Shown here: in pieces, positions 60,700 through 64,000 of the stretch
How positions within the stretch are numbered: the first letter of the stretch is position 1
Layout of the letters: each line of letters begins with the position of its first letter
Assembly (NCBI GenBank): GCA_964019335.1
Contig: OZ025737.1
Location: 1 to 64,000, forward strand
Length of the DNA stretch: 64,000 bases
Reading direction: 5' to 3'
Origin: Diplonema japonicum
Taxonomy: Eukaryota; Protista; Euglenozoa: Diplonemea
Notes under the pieces: model-generated
Database searches by the model: none
Told to the model about the DNA's origin: nothing
What the model saw: only the letters and a program-made list of their open reading frames with translations
Made by a program: the position numbers and the translations under genes

Positions 60700-62758
60700 A
60701 AAATAAAAAGAGATATAAGAAATACCGACGTCTCAGATGCGAATCTCGTGGGCCCTGGATTGGAGAAAGTTCCCCCATTTTTTTTTTCTTTTGTGTTATA
60801 CTTAGTTACATCGGTTTTTTTTTTCTTTTTTCTTTTCATGAAAAAAAAGGGGGGGGGGGACGGAAGAAAAAAAGAAGAAGAAAAAAAAAAGAAAAATCTG
60901 TTCATTTGGCCAGATGTTCCCCCCCCCCACCCTTTTTTTCAATTTACTGTATCCAAACATTGCACGAAACAAAAAAAAGATTTTTTATTTTTATTTTTTT
61001 TTTAAAAAGAAAAAGCCCCCTTCCCTCTATGGAGGAGGCTGTTTTACATTTGGTTTTCCCTTTGTTTTTCTTAATCCCCCCCCCCCACCCTCCAATTTGT
61101 TCAGTTTTGGTTCTCCCTTCTCTACTTTTTTTTTCATTGCCCACCGCTATGCTGGCAATATACAAGGGGGGAAAAAAGAAAGTAAATTTTTTTTTGAAAA
61201 AAAAAGTACGGGTGTATTCCCTATTATCCCCCCCCCCCCCCCCTCCTCCTCCCAGTGGGTATTCTGTTCATTAGAGCCGCTCATTGCTGTGTTATATACA
61301 GAACTAAATACAGAAAAAAAAAAGAAAAAAAAAAAGAGAATGAATTTTTTTTAAAAAAAGGGGTGGCAGAATTTCTTTGCCATTTTCCCCCTGCGATTTG
61401 TTGTGCTGATTGAAAGGCCGTTTATGTCTTACTGATGAACCGATAAAAGTTTTTTTTTGGGGGGACCCCACATAGAGCAGAAGTTTAAGTTAAGATAACG
61501 CACGGTTTTCATTGTAATGTTTTTTTCTTCTTTTTTTTTTCTTTTTTATTCCACATCGACAGAATTCTCATTCTCTTATAGGAATTACTTTTTTTTGGCA
61601 AAAAAAAAATCTGTTTTTTTTTTTTTTTTTTTTTTATCCCCTCCAATTTAACGCTCCCCTCCCTCCTTCCTCTCCTGGCCAAAAAAAAAAAAAAAAAAAA
61701 AATCTCTAAAATTTCAAACGAAAAAAAAAGGGGGAAGAAAGAGAAAGAAATCCGAAGTTAAAAATTGTGTGTTTAATGTGTGCCAGCAAGCATTCCATGT
61801 GTGAGGGGTCCGCTGGCTTTGCAATGGAAGAAGAAGAAAAAAAAAGAGAAAAAACCCTTCTTTTTTGAAAGAAGGTCTTTCTCCCTGTCTAAGGGCGCAA
61901 TTTTTTTGCAGCCCCACCTTTAAGCATCACTGAGCCTTCAAGGTTCCCTTCTTTTTTTTTGTTATATTTTATTTTGAAGGTGGTCCTCAAAATGTGGGGT
62001 CTGCCCTTTGATCATCTTTTCCTTTTTTTTTTATCTCCTTTTCCCTGACATGCTCGACAGCCCGAAGCAGGTATCAAAGTTTTTTTTTTCTTTTCTTTTT
62101 TAACCTTCTTTTTATTCGAACCAGGCAACTCTCCCCCCAAAAAAAAAAAATTCGTGTGTTTTTGGGGGTTTAAGCCTTTCCTTACCGCACGATGTGTTAG
62201 GGCGGAGGTGGATCGGTGGACGTGGAAAATTAGGTGATCCACCAAATCTCGCCTTTAAAAAAAAAAAAAAAAAAAAGAATTCCAAAGCCCTGTTCCGAGT
62301 AACCACGATTCTCTTCCCTTCCCTGCTATCGTACTTTCTCTTTTTTTTTTTTTTTTTTTTCCATTTCATTATTAACTATGTCACACAGTTGTCTTTCAAG
62401 AAAGGTATTGGTGGCGGCTTCTTTCTTTCTTTTTTTTTTTTTCCCCCGTTCTCGAAGAAAAAAGGGGGGTGGGACAGATCGAAAAATTAAAAAAAAGGGG
62501 GTAGTGGCAAATATACACGTTTTTTTTTAAGGCGATCCTGTCACATACGCAGGTTCCCTTCAATGACACCTTTTTTTTGGGAGGGTATAAACCACAGAGA
62601 ACACTAACGAAAACGAATGAGAAAAAAAAAAAACCTGTCTCTTGACTTTTTTTTTTTCGATTTAAACAACAATACAATTTTAATCAACCAATAAGAAGAA
62701 GGGGGTGAAAAGAGCGAAATAACACAAAAAAAAAAAAAAAAAAACTGGCGGAAAAAAG

Positions 62759-62789
<31 letters not shown>

Positions 62790-63550
62790 ATGTCTCCTGT
62801 GTTGTATCAGATCCTTTTTGTTCCCCTTCGAAGTCTCCCTTCTTTTTCTCTTTCGGGCTAACTTTATTATTACCCTGTTCTACCCCCCTCCTTAAATGTG
62901 ACCCACCCCCTTAAAGGCGAAAAAAAAAAAATAATAACAAAAATTAAAAAAAAAAAAAAACGGAAAAGAAAAAAAATAGCCGCTATATCTAAGGTAGGGG
63001 CTTGGCAATTTCATCTGAGGGAAGCTTTTGCCTGTATTGCGAAGTCACTTCTCCCTCTTCCCTCCCCCGATTAATTTTTGGTGTTGCGAAGCTTGGGGGG
63101 TGTAGGGGGGAAGGGGGAGGGTATATCACCGACAAAAGATTTTCAAGTAAAAGGGATTTTATTAATTTAAAAAAAAAAAAAAAAAAAAAAGGAAGAAAAA
63201 AAAAAGAGGAGGAAAAAAAAGACCCTAACCATCTCTCAGGGCTCTTTTTTTTTTCCCTCTAAAAAAAAAACTTTTCTTTTTCTTGGTGACCACCCCTCCC
63301 CCCCTTTTTTTTCATTCTTACACCAACTCTGTTCCTTACCCCTTTATTATTATTATTATTATCCCCCGTTTCTGCCCCCCTCCCCCCTTCCCATGTCCCC
63401 CCCCCCCTTTTTTTTTCTCTCTCTATGCTGTCCCTTTACCCCCTCAAACACATTCCCGTTTATTTAATCATTTAAAAAAAAATACACCCACACAAAAAAA
63501 AAAATACCCATTCCCAGGCGTGGTGGTGGGGGAAAAAAAAAAAAAAAAGA
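60700..63550. repeat. Low-complexity intergenic tract built of A/T/C/G homopolymer runs
   Basis: Dozens of runs of 8-27 nt and no credible ORF. A similar tract lies at 57810-59090. Confidence 0.8.
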
Positions 63551-63560
63551 ATTCCCACCC

Positions 63561-64000
63561 ATGGAAGGATTCTGGGCCTATTCGCAGAAACACGCGAAAA
63601 AAAGGGACCATGCAGCAGGAACACCACCGCCAGCAATCAACATAGACAGCGATGAGGAAGATGAAGAAAGTGACGGGAGCGATAAGTCGACGGCCAGCGT
63701 GAGCACGGTGATGAGCTCGCTGATACAAGACTTCAGAATGGAAAGAGAATTCTGGGTCGGGCAGGAAGCAAGCAGCTTGTGTGACCTACCCGGCGACGCT
63801 ATGGTGTCCTGTTTCTATTTTCTATCGGAGAAGGAATTAATGCGGTGCTTGGTCACCTGCGCTGGCTGGCGAAGCCTATTGGTACAAGAAACCCCCGGAA
63901 ACGGATTCTTCTGGCGAAACGAAGTCCGACGGTTAATGCAGTCAGCGAGGGTGTGGTCGGTCCACCACAATCTTTACAAACTGTACTTTCGAAACAAGGG
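63561..64000 (+). CDS. F-box protein (runs off the window end; absent from the ORF track)
   Basis: The frame from ATG 63561 is open to the window end and contains LCDLPGDAMVSCFYFLSEKELMRCLVTCAGWRSLL. Confidence 0.8.
   Translation, partial: MEGFWAYSQKHAKKRDHAAGTPPPAINIDSDEEDEESDGSDKSTASVSTVMSSLIQDFRMEREFWVGQEASSLCDLPGDAMVSCFYFLSEKELMRCLVTCAGWRSLLVQETPGNGFFWRNEVRRLMQSARVWSVHHNLYKLYFRNK

Noticed and set aside
58197-63262. Short F/K/P-rich ORFs in intergenic tracts
   Set aside because: They are translations of homopolymer runs.
1-64000. tRNA, rRNA or spliced-leader RNA genes
   Set aside because: None was recognised by eye; a covariance-model search (tRNAscan-SE, Infernal/Rfam) would be needed to exclude small RNAs.

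Overview
Eukaryotic nuclear DNA, most likely a euglenozoan and probably a diplonemid. This is an inference from architecture: about 20 unrelated protein genes lie head-to-tail on the + strand for about 56 kb with short spacers, yet carry many cis-introns. Two compartments are visible. (1) Positions 1 to about 7390 form a degraded mobile-element island. It holds a frameshifted Polinton/adintovirus-like remnant with a penton (minor capsid) gene, cut by a 2.0-kb non-autonomous element with 17-bp CAGTGTTG-type TIRs, plus a non-LTR retrotransposon 3' remnant and several further hAT-like termini. This island is strongly CpG-depleted, and its repeat copies differ by reciprocal CpG->TpG/CpA changes, whereas the host genes are CpG-rich. 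(2) From 7606 to the end is a co-directional gene array: COX4-like, NDK-like, PPR, coiled-coil, RPC2, C2/ubiquitin-like, Ser/Thr-rich protein, pseudo-metacaspase, Rab-GDI, BBOF1-like, CEP164-like, TPR, J-domain, SRP68, SZT2-like, Rab-like, two tail-anchored RING paralogues and an F-box gene. I reconstructed 39 tiny GT-AG introns by eye (mostly 30-37 nt, GTATG donors, AC-rich acceptors, about 77% phase 0). They explain essentially all ORF breaks. All protein names come from recalled motifs, not database searches.
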